Assembly (NCBI GenBank): GCA_964658025.1
Contig: CAZZXB010000041.1
Coordinates: 1 to 21,218 of the forward strand
From: an uncultured Janthinobacterium sp.
GTDB taxonomy: Bacteria; Vulcanimicrobiota; Vulcanimicrobiia; Vulcanimicrobiales; Vulcanimicrobiaceae
DNA: 21,218 nucleotides
Reading direction: 5' to 3'
Made by a program: the position numbers and the translations under genes. Below are positions 1-9,317 of this stretch, one piece after another (position 1 is the stretch's first letter; each line of letters starts with the position of its first letter). The notes below the pieces were generated by a model, which worked only from the letters and a program-made list of their open reading frames with translations, had not been told where the DNA came from and searched no databases.

Positions 1-108
1 TATCCGACGGACGCGCCCGCGACGGCCGAACCCAGCTGACGCGCGCGGTACCGTCGCTCCGCGAATCGGGCGGGGGAGCTTCCGTCCGCGAGGCCGCATC
101 GGGCGGTC

Positions 109-1116
109 ATGCAAGCCGTACGACTCACCGAACTCGGTGGCCCCGAAAAACTCCACCTCGCCGAAATCGAAAAGCCGTCGCCCGGTCCGGGTGAGGTCCT
201 CGTTCGCGTGCGGCGCGCGGCGTTCAACCGGCGCGACGTCTACGTCTCGCAAGGGCTCTATCCCGGAATCGTGCTCCCGCTCACGCCGGGCTCGGACGGC
301 GCGGGCGAGATCGCGGAACTCGGTGCGGGCGCGACCGATTTCGCGGTCGGCGATCCCGTCGTCATCGATCCGGGACTCACGTGGAACGACGATCCGACGG
401 TGCCGCAGCGCCACGGCGACATCCTCGGCATGCCCAAGGACGGTACGTTCGCGCAATACGTGCTCGTGCCGCAGAGCGCCGTCTACCGCAAGCCCGCGTC
501 GCTGACGATGGACGAGGCCGCTTCGATCCCGCTCGCGGGACTCACGGCGTATCGCGCGGCGTTCACGCGCGGACGGATGACGAAGGACGACGTCGTCTTG
601 ATCACGGGTGTCGGCAGCGGCGTCCAGACGTTCGTGCTCGCCTACGCGAAACACGTCGGCGCGCGCACGATCGTCACGTCGGGGAGCGCCGAGAAGATCG
701 CGCGCGCGAGAGAACTCGGCGCCGACGTCGCGATCGATTATCGCGCCGATCCCGACTGGCACAAGGCGGTGCGCAAGGCCTCCGACGGACTGGGACCCTC
801 GCTCGTGATCGATTCGACGGGTGGCGAGACGCTCGCGAGATGTCTCGACATCGCGCGCGTCGGCGCCCGCGTCGTGGTCTACGGCGCGACGACGGGCGAC
901 GCGAAGATCCGGCCCTTCTCGCTTTTCTGGAAGCATCTCGATCTGCTCGGCACGTCGATGGGAAGTCCGAGCGATTTTCGCGCGATGCTCGATCTCTTCG
1001 AAGGCGGGCTGCGGCCCGAGATCGATCGCGTCTTCCCGCTCGCCGACGTCGCGATCGCGGCGCGACGCGTGCTCGAGGGCAAGCAGTTCGGCAAGGTCGT
1101 CCTCGCGATCGACTGA
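109..1116 (+). CDS. Medium-chain dehydrogenase/reductase (NAD(P)H:quinone oxidoreductase / zinc-binding ADH-like family)
   Basis: 335 aa. GroES-like N-terminus (PGPGEVLVRV..AFNRRD, PGSDGAGEI), AASIPLAGLTAY, Rossmann ITGVGSGV and C-terminal GKVVL. The catalytic Zn Cys is absent, which points to the QOR-like branch. Confidence 0.9.
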   Translation: MQAVRLTELGGPEKLHLAEIEKPSPGPGEVLVRVRRAAFNRRDVYVSQGLYPGIVLPLTPGSDGAGEIAELGAGATDFAVGDPVVIDPGLTWNDDPTVPQRHGDILGMPKDGTFAQYVLVPQSAVYRKPASLTMDEAASIPLAGLTAYRAAFTRGRMTKDDVVLITGVGSGVQTFVLAYAKHVGARTIVTSGSAEKIARARELGADVAIDYRADPDWHKAVRKASDGLGPSLVIDSTGGETLARCLDIARVGARVVVYGATTGDAKIRPFSLFWKHLDLLGTSMGSPSDFRAMLDLFEGGLRPEIDRVFPLADVAIAARRVLEGKQFGKVVLAID

Positions 1117-1137
1117 CGCGACCCGCGCGTTATGCGA

Positions 1138-2070
1138 TTAGCGGCGATCGACGAGCGCGTAACGCTCGAGCGTGCGGACGTCGCGATCGAAGCCGAGCTC
1201 CGCGCGCGCCACGGCGACGCTCGCGGCATCGACGAGGCGCGAGAGATCGGGATCGAGGATCGCGCGTTCTTCGGGCTCGAGATCGCGGGCGAGGGTCTCG
1301 GCCGTGATCCGACCCTCGCGTTCGAGCGCGACGAGATAGGCGAGGATCTGTCGCGCCGCCGCCGGCCAGAGCGGCCGCGGCGTCTCCGCGTAGATCCGGG
1401 CGACGAGTTCGGGGATCGTCTGCGGTCCGCGCGCGAGCGCGGCGACGATCGCGCGCTCCCGCGCGTCGCGATGTGCGAGATACTCGTCGAACTTCGCACG
1501 CGCGTCGGCGACCGGCGGGCCGTGACCGCAGAGCAGCGTGCGGGCATCCGCGAAATCGTCGCGCAGGCGGCGGAGCGTCGCGACGTACGCGCGCATGTCG
1601 CCGTCGGGCGGCGCGACGACGACCGTCCCGCGCCCGACGATCACGTCGCCCGTGAACAGCGCGCGTTCGCCCGCATGCCAGAATACGAGGTGATCGCTCG
1701 CGTGACCGGGGGCGTCGAAGGCGACGATCTCGCCGTCGCGCGTCGCGAGACGTTCGCCGTCGCCGAGCGCGCGATCGTGCGGGAAACGTGCGTTCGCGTG
1801 CGCGTACACGGGTGCGTTCGTACGCGCGCGTAGGAGCGCGGCGCCCGGAGCGTGATCGGGATGTCCGTGCGTTACCGCGATCGCGGCGACGCGCGCGCCG
1901 CAGGCGGTCGCGAGCCGCACGATCGCATCGACGTGGGTTTCGTCCGGCGGCCCGGGATCGATCGCGATCGCCGCACCGTCGGCGCCCACGATGAGATAAC
2001 TGTTCGTCCCCTCGAGCGTCATCGGCGACGGATTCGGCGCGGTGAGCACGTGGATCGCGGATGCGATCAT
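1138..2070 (-). CDS. MBL-fold metallo-hydrolase (LACTB2-like, with probable C-terminal winged helix)
   Basis: APNPSPMTLEGTNSY N-terminus, IDPGP, THGHPDH (HxHxDH), PGHASDH, LFTGD and CGHGP metal-ligand motifs. Confidence 0.9.
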   Translation of the reverse strand: MIASAIHVLTAPNPSPMTLEGTNSYLIVGADGAAIAIDPGPPDETHVDAIVRLATACGARVAAIAVTHGHPDHAPGAALLRARTNAPVYAHANARFPHDRALGDGERLATRDGEIVAFDAPGHASDHLVFWHAGERALFTGDVIVGRGTVVVAPPDGDMRAYVATLRRLRDDFADARTLLCGHGPPVADARAKFDEYLAHRDARERAIVAALARGPQTIPELVARIYAETPRPLWPAAARQILAYLVALEREGRITAETLARDLEPEERAILDPDLSRLVDAASVAVARAELGFDRDVRTLERYALVDRR

Positions 2071-2094
2071 CGGCGCATCGTCGCGCTCGCGGGA

Positions 2095-2120
2095 GGAACC
2101 TTACGCGCGCGTCCGACGTT
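2095..2120 (+). promoter_or_regulatory. Putative ECF-sigma promoter GGAAC-N17-CGTT
   Basis: GGAAC at 2095-2099 and CGTT at 2117-2120, ending 9 nt before the ATG at 2130, which has no SD sequence. Matches the common ECF -35/-10 pattern. Confidence 0.45.
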
Positions 2121-2129
2121 GCTCACGGT

Positions 2130-2543
2130 ATGAACACGCGTTTCGTCGCGGTCGCGACCGCCGTCCTGTTTCTCGGCCCGGCCGCCGCGAGCGAAGCGCA
2201 GCCCGCGCCCACGCCCGTCCCCACCGCGAGTTCCGTCGGTACGCCGTCGCTCCCGGCCGGGATCGACCCGTACGCGCGCGCGGCGATCGATATCCTCGGC
2301 GGCGTCGTGCGCGACAAGATCGCCGGCATCGGCAATTCGAACGTCGGGCAGATCACGTACTTCAAGCGATTCGAGATGCAGATCTCGACGGGCGCGAACG
2401 CGTATCGCAGCATCCATCTCCACCCGGGGACGGTCATCGATCCGCGCGGCGAATCGCTCGCGGTCGGCGAGCGGATCAACGTCTCCGGCCGTCAGCAGCC
2501 CGACGGCTCGCTCGACGCGGACACGATCACGATCTACCGCTAA
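2130..2543 (+). CDS. Secreted hypothetical protein (signal peptide, Pro/Thr linker, small beta-rich, possibly OB/DUF5666-like domain)
   Basis: ATG 2130 inside ORF 2061..2543 gives MNTRFVAVATAVLFLGPAAASEA (Sec signal), then QPAPTPVPT, then a beta-rich C-terminus (IHLHPGTVIDPRG..LAVGERINVSG..DGSLDAD). Confidence 0.75.
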   Translation: MNTRFVAVATAVLFLGPAAASEAQPAPTPVPTASSVGTPSLPAGIDPYARAAIDILGGVVRDKIAGIGNSNVGQITYFKRFEMQISTGANAYRSIHLHPGTVIDPRGESLAVGERINVSGRQQPDGSLDADTITIYR

Positions 2544-2641
2544 CCGAGAGCGCGTCCGCGCGGGCGTTTCGCGCCCGCGCGAGAGGCATCTCCCAGGTAG
2601 GGGCAAAGGATGTCCGACGTGTACGGGACGTTCTTTTTTCG

Positions 2642-3274
2642 TTGAGCGTCGCTTGGCGGCGGGCCGAGGCGGCGCTCGTTTTCGGTGCGTCGTTCGCCCT
2701 CGCGGCCGTCGTTATTCGCTACCGGACCGAAGTCGAGGCGTTGCTCTCGACGATCGGACCGATCGCCTATCCGATCGCGATCCTCGTCTTCACGATCGTC
2801 GCCTCGGCGCCGTTCAGCGTGACGGACGCGCTCGCGGTGATGAACGGCGTGCTCTTCGGTCCGCTCTGGGGCTCGGTCGTCAACGCCGTCGGTCTCGTGC
2901 TCGCGGCGATGGTCGGGTACGCGATCGCGCGTCGGACCTCGCACTTGCTCGAACTCGAGAAGAACGTCGAGAAATTACCGGGATGGGTCCGGCGGTTCCG
3001 GCTCGGCTCGCCGCAATTCTTGCTCTCGCTTCGCGTCATCCCCGGTCTCGGCGGAACGCTCGCGACGCAGATCGCCGCGGCGTTGCGGATCCCGCTGTTC
3101 GTCCACGTGTGGACGATGTGCGCGATCGCGATCCCGATCTGCACGCTGCTCGCCGTCTTCGGCGACGGCGTGTCGACGACGGTCCATCGGTACATCGTCC
3201 AGCACGCGCCGCACATCCACATGCGCAACCGCCTCCATTCGATCTTCCATCACGACGATAAAGCGGGACGCTAG
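2642..3274 (+). CDS. VTT-domain (TVP38/TMEM64/DedA superfamily) membrane protein
   Basis: Hydrophobic helices with NGVLFGPLWGSVVNAVG..AAMVGYAIAR and LRVIPG motifs, and a His-rich C-tail. The start is uncertain; TTG 2642 is the plausible in-frame start downstream of the previous gene. Confidence 0.8.
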   Translation: MSVAWRRAEAALVFGASFALAAVVIRYRTEVEALLSTIGPIAYPIAILVFTIVASAPFSVTDALAVMNGVLFGPLWGSVVNAVGLVLAAMVGYAIARRTSHLLELEKNVEKLPGWVRRFRLGSPQFLLSLRVIPGLGGTLATQIAAALRIPLFVHVWTMCAIAIPICTLLAVFGDGVSTTVHRYIVQHAPHIHMRNRLHSIFHHDDKAGR

Positions 3275-3283
3275 GGAGGCCCT

Positions 3284-4477
3284 GTGAACGCCACGCTCAT
3301 CGACGATCCGCAGGCGCTCGCGGCGCTGTGCGAGCGCGTGGCGCTCGCGCCGCGCGTCGCGATCGATACGGAATTCCACAACGAGAAATCGTACGCCGCG
3401 CGGCTGATGGTCGTACAACTCGTCTTCGGCGAGGAGGTCGCGCTCGTCGACGCGGTCCGCATCGCGGATCTGCGGCCGCTCTCGCGCGCGCTCGCGACGC
3501 GGACGATCGTCGGCCACGCCTTGCAAAGCGATCTCAAGATCTTCGCCGATCGTTTCGACGCGCTCCCGGCCGCCGCGTTCGATACGCAACTCGCCGCCGC
3601 GTTCTGCGGCTACGGGATGTCGATCTCCCTCGCCGATCTCGTCGCCGACATCGCGCGCGTCCGTCTGCGGAAGTCGCAGACGGTGAGCGATTGGAGCACG
3701 CGTCCGCTCACGCCGCAGCAGATCGAATATCTCGTCGACGACGTACGCTATCTCTTCACGCTCGCGGACGAACTCACCGCGCGGCTCGGACGTTCGGGGC
3801 GGCTCGACTGGTTCGAAGCCGACGCGCGCGCGCTCGTCGATCCGGAGAAGTATCGCCCCGATCCCGAACGCCTGTACTTGCGCGTGCCCGGCGCGATGCG
3901 GATGAATCGCCGAGAACTCGGAATCTTGCGCGAGGTCGCGCGACTGCGCGACGATCTCGCGCGCGAACGCGACGTGCCGCTCAAGTACATCATTCCCGAC
4001 GACGTGATGGCGCCGATCGTGATGCTCCGTCCCAAGGTGCGCGACGAACTCGGCCAGTTGCGTCGGCTCGATGCGGGCGCGCGAAAGGCCTACGGCGATC
4101 GGATCGTCGCGGCGGTCGCGGCCGGTCTCGCGATCTCCGACGAAGATCTCCCGCGCAAACCCGCGCGACCGGCCGGATCGGATCGCGACGCGATCGTGGC
4201 GTGTCTCGCGGTGCTCGCGGGCGCGATCGCCTCCGAGAACGACCTTCCGGCGGGTCTGCTCGTCACGCGCGGCGCGCTCGAACGCGTCGTCCGCGAGCTC
4301 CCCGCGACCGTCGAGGGCGTCGCCGCGGCGCTCGAAGCGAGCGATTGGCGTGCGAGATTAGTAGCAGCGCCGTTATACGAATTGCTTACCGGAAACGTCT
4401 CGCTCGCGGTCGTCGGCGCGGAGCGTAACGCGCCGCGCGTCGTCGCGGTGCGGACGGGGGGCGCGCACGCACCGTAG
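3284..4477 (+). CDS. rnd: Ribonuclease D (DEDDy 3'-5' exonuclease + HRDC domain)
   Basis: AIDTEF (ExoI), HALQSD (ExoII), [25 protein letters not shown] (ExoIII) and HRDC-like [19 protein letters not shown] before the GTG start. Confidence 0.92.
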   Translation: MNATLIDDPQALAALCERVALAPRVAIDTEFHNEKSYAARLMVVQLVFGEEVALVDAVRIADLRPLSRALATRTIVGHALQSDLKIFADRFDALPAAAFDTQLAAAFCGYGMSISLADLVADIARVRLRKSQTVSDWSTRPLTPQQIEYLVDDVRYLFTLADELTARLGRSGRLDWFEADARALVDPEKYRPDPERLYLRVPGAMRMNRRELGILREVARLRDDLARERDVPLKYIIPDDVMAPIVMLRPKVRDELGQLRRLDAGARKAYGDRIVAAVAAGLAISDEDLPRKPARPAGSDRDAIVACLAVLAGAIASENDLPAGLLVTRGALERVVRELPATVEGVAAALEASDWRARLVAAPLYELLTGNVSLAVVGAERNAPRVVAVRTGGAHAP

Positions 4478-4491
4478 CGAAATCGCGACGC

Positions 4492-7266
4492 ATGCATACC
4501 GCGCATCCCGACAGCTTCCGCGCCCGCGATACCCTCGTCGTCGGCGACCGTTCGTATACGTATTTTCGAATCGGCGCGCTCGAGCGCGAAGGCTTCCCCG
4601 GCGTGACGCGGTTACCGTTCAGTTTGAAGATCTTACTCGAGAATCTCGTGCGCTTCGAAGACGGCCGGAGCGTGACGCGCGACGACGTCGCGGCGCTCGC
4701 GAGTTGGACGCCGCACGCGTTCGGCGCGCGCGAGATCGCGTATCGGCCCGCGCGCGTCCTGTTACAGGATTTCACGGGCGTCCCGTGCGTGGTCGATCTC
4801 GCGGCGATGCGCGACGCGATGGCCGAGATGGGCGGCGATCCGAAGAAGATCAACCCGCTCCAGCCGGTCGAACTCGTGATCGATCATTCGGTCCAAGTCG
4901 ATCGCTTCGCGACGGCGAGCGCGTTCGGCGAGAACGCGGAGCTCGAATTCGAGCGCAACCGCGAGCGCTACGCGTTTTTGAAGTGGGGCCAGGTCGCGCT
5001 CGATAACTTCCGCGCCGTGCCGCCCGACACGGGGATCGTGCATCAGGTCAACATCGAATTTCTCGGTCGCGTCGTGTTCGGCGCGGGCGGCGCGGGCGTC
5101 GTCGCGGGCGACGATCGCGGCGGCGTCGCGTACCCCGATACCGTCGTCGGGACCGACTCGCACACGACGATGGCGAACGGGCTCGGCGTGCTCGCGTGGG
5201 GCGTCGGCGGCATCGAAGCGGAGGCCGCGATGCTCGGGCAACCGGTCACGATGCTCGTCCCCGACGTGATCGGCTTTCGGCTCGTCGGAAGCGTGCGCGA
5301 CGGCGTGACGTCGACCGATCTCGTGTTGACGGTAACGGAGATGCTGCGCGAGAAGGGCGTCGTCGGAAAGTTCGTCGAGTTCTTCGGCAAGGGTCTCGAT
5401 TCGCTCGGCGTCGCGGATCGCGTGACGATCGGGAACATGTCGCCCGAATACGGGTCGACCGTCGCGATCTTCCCGATCGACGAGCAGACGTTGCAGTACC
5501 TGCGACTCACGGGTCGCGAGGCCGAGCAGATCGCGCTCGTGGAGGCGTACGCGAAAGCGCAAGGGCTCTTCCGCACCTCCGAGTCCGAGGATCCGCTCTT
5601 CACGGACGTGCTCGAACTCGATCTGTCGACCGTCGTGCCGAATATCGCGGGGCCGAGCCGGCCGCAGGATCGCGTCGCCCTCGCCGACGCCAAGGAAAGC
5701 TTCACCACCGCACTTTCGAAGTGGACGGCCGCGCGGACGGTCGCGACCTCGGGCCTCGCGCCCTCCGTCGATCCGGCGCTCGCGGCGCTCGAAGGCGAGG
5801 GCGGCGGCGGAACGGCCGTCGCCGCGCGCACGGAGACGAAGATCGCCGACGGCGCCGTGGTGATCGCGGCGATCACGTCGTGCACGAATACCTCGAATCC
5901 GTACGTGATGATCGGCGCGGGTCTCGTTGCGAAGAAGGCGACCGAGCGCGGGCTCACGCGCAAGCCGTGGGTGAAGACGAGCCTCGCGCCGGGTTCGAAA
6001 GTCGTCACCGATTACTTGGTGAAGTCCGGGCTACAGCCGTATCTCGACGAGCTCGGCTTCAATCTCGTCGGCTACGGTTGCACGACGTGCATCGGCAACA
6101 GCGGTCCGCTCCCCGAGGCCGTCGCGCAAGATATCGCGGAGCACGATACGATCGTCGCGGCCGTGCTGTCGGGCAATCGCAATTTCGAGGGCCGGATCCA
6201 TCCGCAGGTCCGCGCGAACTATCTCGCGTCGCCGCCGCTCGTCGTCGCGTACGCGCTCGCGGGTCGGATGGATATCGATCTCACGACCGAGCCGCTCGGA
6301 ACCGACGGAGCGGGGAAGCCCGTGATGCTCGCGGACATCTGGCCGACGAGCGCCGAGGTCGATGCGGCGGTCGCGGAGTCCGTGAACGAAGCGGCGTTTC
6401 GCGCGCGTTACGCCGACGTGTTCGCGGGCGACGACAACTGGCGCGCGCTCGACGTGCCCGCGAGCGAGCGCTATGCGTGGGACCCGAAAAGCGAATACGT
6501 CAAGAAGCCGCCGTACTTCGAGGGGATGCCCGCGCGACCCGAAGCGCGCGGCGACATCCGCGGCGCGCGCGTGCTCGCCGCGCTCGGCGACAGCGTCACG
6601 ACCGATCACATCTCGCCCGCGGGCTCGATCGCGCTCTCGAGTCCCGCCGCGACGTATCTCAAGTCGAAGGGCGTCGAGCCGTCCGATTTCAATTCGTACG
6701 GCGCGCGACGCGGGAATCACGAAGTGATGGTGCGCGGCACGTTCGCGAACGTGCGTCTGCGCAACGCGCTCGTTCCGGGCGTCGAAGGCGGCGTGACGCG
6801 CTACCTTCCGACGAACGAACGGATGTCGATCTTCGACGCCTCCGAGCGCTATCGCGCCGACGGGACGCCCGTCATCGTCATCGGCGGTAAGGAATACGGT
6901 TCCGGCTCGTCGCGCGACTGGGCGGCGAAAGGTCCGATGCTCCTGGGCGTCCGCGCCGCGATCGCCGAATCGTTCGAACGGATCCACCGCAGCAACCTCA
7001 TCGGCATGGGCATCTTACCGCTCGAATTCTCGCACGGCGAGAGCCGTCTCTCGCTCGGACTCACGGGCGAGGAGACGTTCGACATCGCGGGGATCTCGGA
7101 ATCGATCGAACCGCGCTCGATCCTGCACGTCTCGGCGACCGACGCGAACGGCGCGGTGAAGACGTTCGACGTCGTCGTGCGGATCGATACGCCGGACGAA
7201 TCGGAATATTATCGTCACGGCGGCATCCTCCAGTTCGTTCTCCGACAACTGCGCGATCGCGCGTAA
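4492..7266 (+). CDS. acnA: Aconitate hydratase A
   Basis: 924 aa. [31 protein letters not shown], Fe-S ligands [11 protein letters not shown] and [34 protein letters not shown]. Confidence 0.97.
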   Translation: MHTAHPDSFRARDTLVVGDRSYTYFRIGALEREGFPGVTRLPFSLKILLENLVRFEDGRSVTRDDVAALASWTPHAFGAREIAYRPARVLLQDFTGVPCVVDLAAMRDAMAEMGGDPKKINPLQPVELVIDHSVQVDRFATASAFGENAELEFERNRERYAFLKWGQVALDNFRAVPPDTGIVHQVNIEFLGRVVFGAGGAGVVAGDDRGGVAYPDTVVGTDSHTTMANGLGVLAWGVGGIEAEAAMLGQPVTMLVPDVIGFRLVGSVRDGVTSTDLVLTVTEMLREKGVVGKFVEFFGKGLDSLGVADRVTIGNMSPEYGSTVAIFPIDEQTLQYLRLTGREAEQIALVEAYAKAQGLFRTSESEDPLFTDVLELDLSTVVPNIAGPSRPQDRVALADAKESFTTALSKWTAARTVATSGLAPSVDPALAALEGEGGGGTAVAARTETKIADGAVVIAAITSCTNTSNPYVMIGAGLVAKKATERGLTRKPWVKTSLAPGSKVVTDYLVKSGLQPYLDELGFNLVGYGCTTCIGNSGPLPEAVAQDIAEHDTIVAAVLSGNRNFEGRIHPQVRANYLASPPLVVAYALAGRMDIDLTTEPLGTDGAGKPVMLADIWPTSAEVDAAVAESVNEAAFRARYADVFAGDDNWRALDVPASERYAWDPKSEYVKKPPYFEGMPARPEARGDIRGARVLAALGDSVTTDHISPAGSIALSSPAATYLKSKGVEPSDFNSYGARRGNHEVMVRGTFANVRLRNALVPGVEGGVTRYLPTNERMSIFDASERYRADGTPVIVIGGKEYGSGSSRDWAAKGPMLLGVRAAIAESFERIHRSNLIGMGILPLEFSHGESRLSLGLTGEETFDIAGISESIEPRSILHVSATDANGAVKTFDVVVRIDTPDESEYYRHGGILQFVLRQLRDRA

Positions 7267-7329
7267 CCAAACGCGCAAGAGGGGCGCTCGCTTCGTTCCC
7301 GTAGTCTGATCTCCGATGGAACGCTCGAG

Positions 7330-8589
7330 ATGATCGCGGGGCACACGACCGCCGCGCTGTTGTCGTTCGAAGGTCCCGATCGTTACGCGTCGGTCGGCGG
7401 ACTCGGGACGCGCGAGACGTCGTTCGCGGTCGCGCTCGGTCGGGCGGGTGTCGAGACGACGCTCTTCTTCGTGGGAGATCCGGTCCTCAAATCGGTGGAG
7501 CCGTTCGCGGAGAACGTAACGCTGCGGCGTTGGTGTCAGTGGATCTCGGCGTTCCATCCGCTCAACGTGTACGACGGCGAACCGCAGAAAGTCGTCGATT
7601 ATACGGCGAGCGTGCCGCCGGTCGTCGTCGACGACGTGGTGATGCCGGCGGTCGCGCGCGGCGAACGCGTGCTCGTCGTCGCCGAGGAGTGGCAGACGGT
7701 CGACGCCGTGATCGCGCTCGACGCCCTCTTACGCGCGCGCGGCGTGCGCGGATCGGTGACGATCCTCTGGAACGCGAACAACACGTACGGATTCGATCGC
7801 ATCGGTTGGACGGCACTCGCGCGCGCAGCGACGATCACGAGCGTGAGTAAGTACATGAAATTCGAACTCGCGCGTTTCGGCGTGCCGTCGCTCGTCATCC
7901 CCAACGGGATCCCCGAGCATCTGCTCGACGGTCCGCCGCGGGAACTCGTCAAAGCGTTCCGAACGGCGTTGCGCGGAAAACCGTCGCTCGTCAAAGTCGG
8001 GCGCTTCGATCCCGATAAGAACTGGCTTCAGGCGATCGACGCGGTCGCGGAATTGCGCGATTCGGGACTCGAACCGCAACTCGTCGTGCGCGGCGGCAAG
8101 GAGGCCTACGGCGACACCGTGTTCGGCCACGCGCGTTCGCGCGGCCTACGTGTCGAGCGCGTCGAAGCCGACGGCGACGACGGAAAAGCGGTCGCCCGCG
8201 CCCTGGCATCCTCGGACGCCGAGATCGTGCATCTCCAAGCCTTCCTTCCCGAGTTCACGCTCGCGGCGCTCTACGCCGCGGCCGATGCGGTCCTCGCCAA
8301 TAGCGGGAAGGAACCGTTCGGTCTCGTGGGTCTCGAGGTGATGGCGGCGGGCGGCATCCCCGTCTGCGGCGCGACGGGCGAAGAATACGCCGAGCCTTTC
8401 GTCAACGCGATCGTCTGCGACACGGGCGACGGTCGCGAACTCGCGGTCTACCTGCGAGCCGCGTTCGGCGACGAGGCCGCGGCCGATCGTATGCGCCGCG
8501 CGGGTTACGAGACGGCGACCCGTTACTTGTGGTCGAACGTGATCGCGACGCTCGAACAGAAGATCGCCTACGTCGCGAGCAAGATATGA
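7330..8589 (+). CDS. Glycosyltransferase family 4 (GT-B)
   Basis: N-terminal VGGLG loop, VIPNGI, VGRFDPDKN and the EX7E motif EPFGLVGLE-VMAAG. Confidence 0.88.
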   Translation: MIAGHTTAALLSFEGPDRYASVGGLGTRETSFAVALGRAGVETTLFFVGDPVLKSVEPFAENVTLRRWCQWISAFHPLNVYDGEPQKVVDYTASVPPVVVDDVVMPAVARGERVLVVAEEWQTVDAVIALDALLRARGVRGSVTILWNANNTYGFDRIGWTALARAATITSVSKYMKFELARFGVPSLVIPNGIPEHLLDGPPRELVKAFRTALRGKPSLVKVGRFDPDKNWLQAIDAVAELRDSGLEPQLVVRGGKEAYGDTVFGHARSRGLRVERVEADGDDGKAVARALASSDAEIVHLQAFLPEFTLAALYAAADAVLANSGKEPFGLVGLEVMAAGGIPVCGATGEEYAEPFVNAIVCDTGDGRELAVYLRAAFGDEAAADRMRRAGYETATRYLWSNVIATLEQKIAYVASKI

Positions 8590-8795
8590 CGGGCGACGGA
8601 CGCGCGTCCGACGTCGACGCCGACGACGGCGCGCACCAGCATTGGCACGAACACGCCGACGGCATCGCGCACGCGCACGAACACGGACACGGCGATCACG
8701 ATCACGATCACGATCATCACGAACACGGCGGCCTCGTCCACAGTCACGATCGCGACGCCTCCGATCACGTCCACGACGAGAGGGGCGAGCGGTAA
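8586..8795 (+). CDS. Small His/Asp-rich putative metal-binding protein (69 aa, 18 His)
   Basis: ATG 8586 overlaps the GT4 stop (ATGA), and the stop TAA overlaps the next ATG (TAATG). Sequence MTGDG..HQHWHEHADGIAHAHEHGHGDHDHDHDHHEHGGLVHSH..HVHDERGER. Confidence 0.72.
   Translation: MTGDGRASDVDADDGAHQHWHEHADGIAHAHEHGHGDHDHDHDHHEHGGLVHSHDRDASDHVHDERGER
8694..8717 (+). repeat. (GATCAC)x3 + GATCAT tandem repeat encoding Asp-His
   Basis: Direct reading of the sequence; in frame within the His-rich ORF. Confidence 0.8.
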
Positions 8796-9145
8796 TGGGC
8801 CGAGCGCGCGGCTCGGGAACGATGGGATCGACGCGCTCGATGCGGCTCCCGCGCGCGCTCGACGAGTGGTTCGCGGAGCGTCTCGATCGGCATCCCGAGC
8901 GATCGTCGAGCGAGTTGCTCGTCCAACTCGTACACGGCGGTCTGCGCCTGCGCGAGGGGTACATGGCGATCCATCGCCGCACGCTCGAGCGGCTCGCATC
9001 GCCCGATCGAGCCGACGCGTACGCGGCGTACCTCGCATGTCTCGTCGACACGTTCGGACCCGACTACGTCGCCCATCTCGAGAATTGGCTCGCCGCCGAC
9101 GGCGTCGCGGTCGGTGCCGCGCGGAGCGAGACGGGCTCGCGATAA
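8795..9145 (+). CDS. Hypothetical protein with predicted N-terminal ribbon-helix-helix DNA-binding domain
   Basis: 116 aa. STRSMRLPRALDEWFAERLDRHPERSSSELLVQLVHGGL follows the RHH pattern (alternating strand, LP, helix A, S-x-SE-LL helix B). Coupled to the upstream ORF by TAATG; alternative ATG at 8822. Confidence 0.62.
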   Translation: MGRARGSGTMGSTRSMRLPRALDEWFAERLDRHPERSSSELLVQLVHGGLRLREGYMAIHRRTLERLASPDRADAYAAYLACLVDTFGPDYVAHLENWLAADGVAVGAARSETGSR

Positions 9146-9234
9146 CGCCGCGCGCGGCGACGCGATCGCGCTCCGCGCGCGACGCAGTTCGATGACATCG
9201 TAGACGTTTTGCCCCGGAGGCATCCGCGACGTCC

Positions 9235-9260
9235 GGAACGTCGTATCCTCGAGAGGCGTC
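9235..9260 (+). promoter_or_regulatory. Possible ECF-sigma promoter GGAAC-N17-CGTC upstream of the TonB-dependent receptor
   Basis: GGAAC at 9235-9239 and CGTC at 9257-9260, with the same spacing as the element at 2095-2120. Confidence 0.3.
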
Positions 9261-9317
9261 CCGTCACGATCGCTCGTGCGATCGTTGCGGCGTCATCTCA
9301 CGGGTTCGGGAGTCGAT

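Noticed and set aside
2042..2641. 410-aa version of the VTT protein
   Set aside because: The extension overlaps the secreted-protein gene in another frame and is Arg-rich shadow sequence.
7316..7333. Tiny uORF MERSR overlapping the GT4 start, after a TAGTCT -10-like hexamer
   Set aside because: Any ATGA start creates such a stop, and a nearby in-frame ATG is likely by chance. No other support.
8694..8717. GATCAC repeat as a CRISPR array or phase-variation tract
   Set aside because: It is a 6-nt in-frame unit with no spacers, explained by Asp-His coding.
9146..9317. Cobalamin or NiCo riboswitch upstream of the TonB receptor
   Set aside because: No B12-box or other recognisable consensus by eye and no terminator U-tract.
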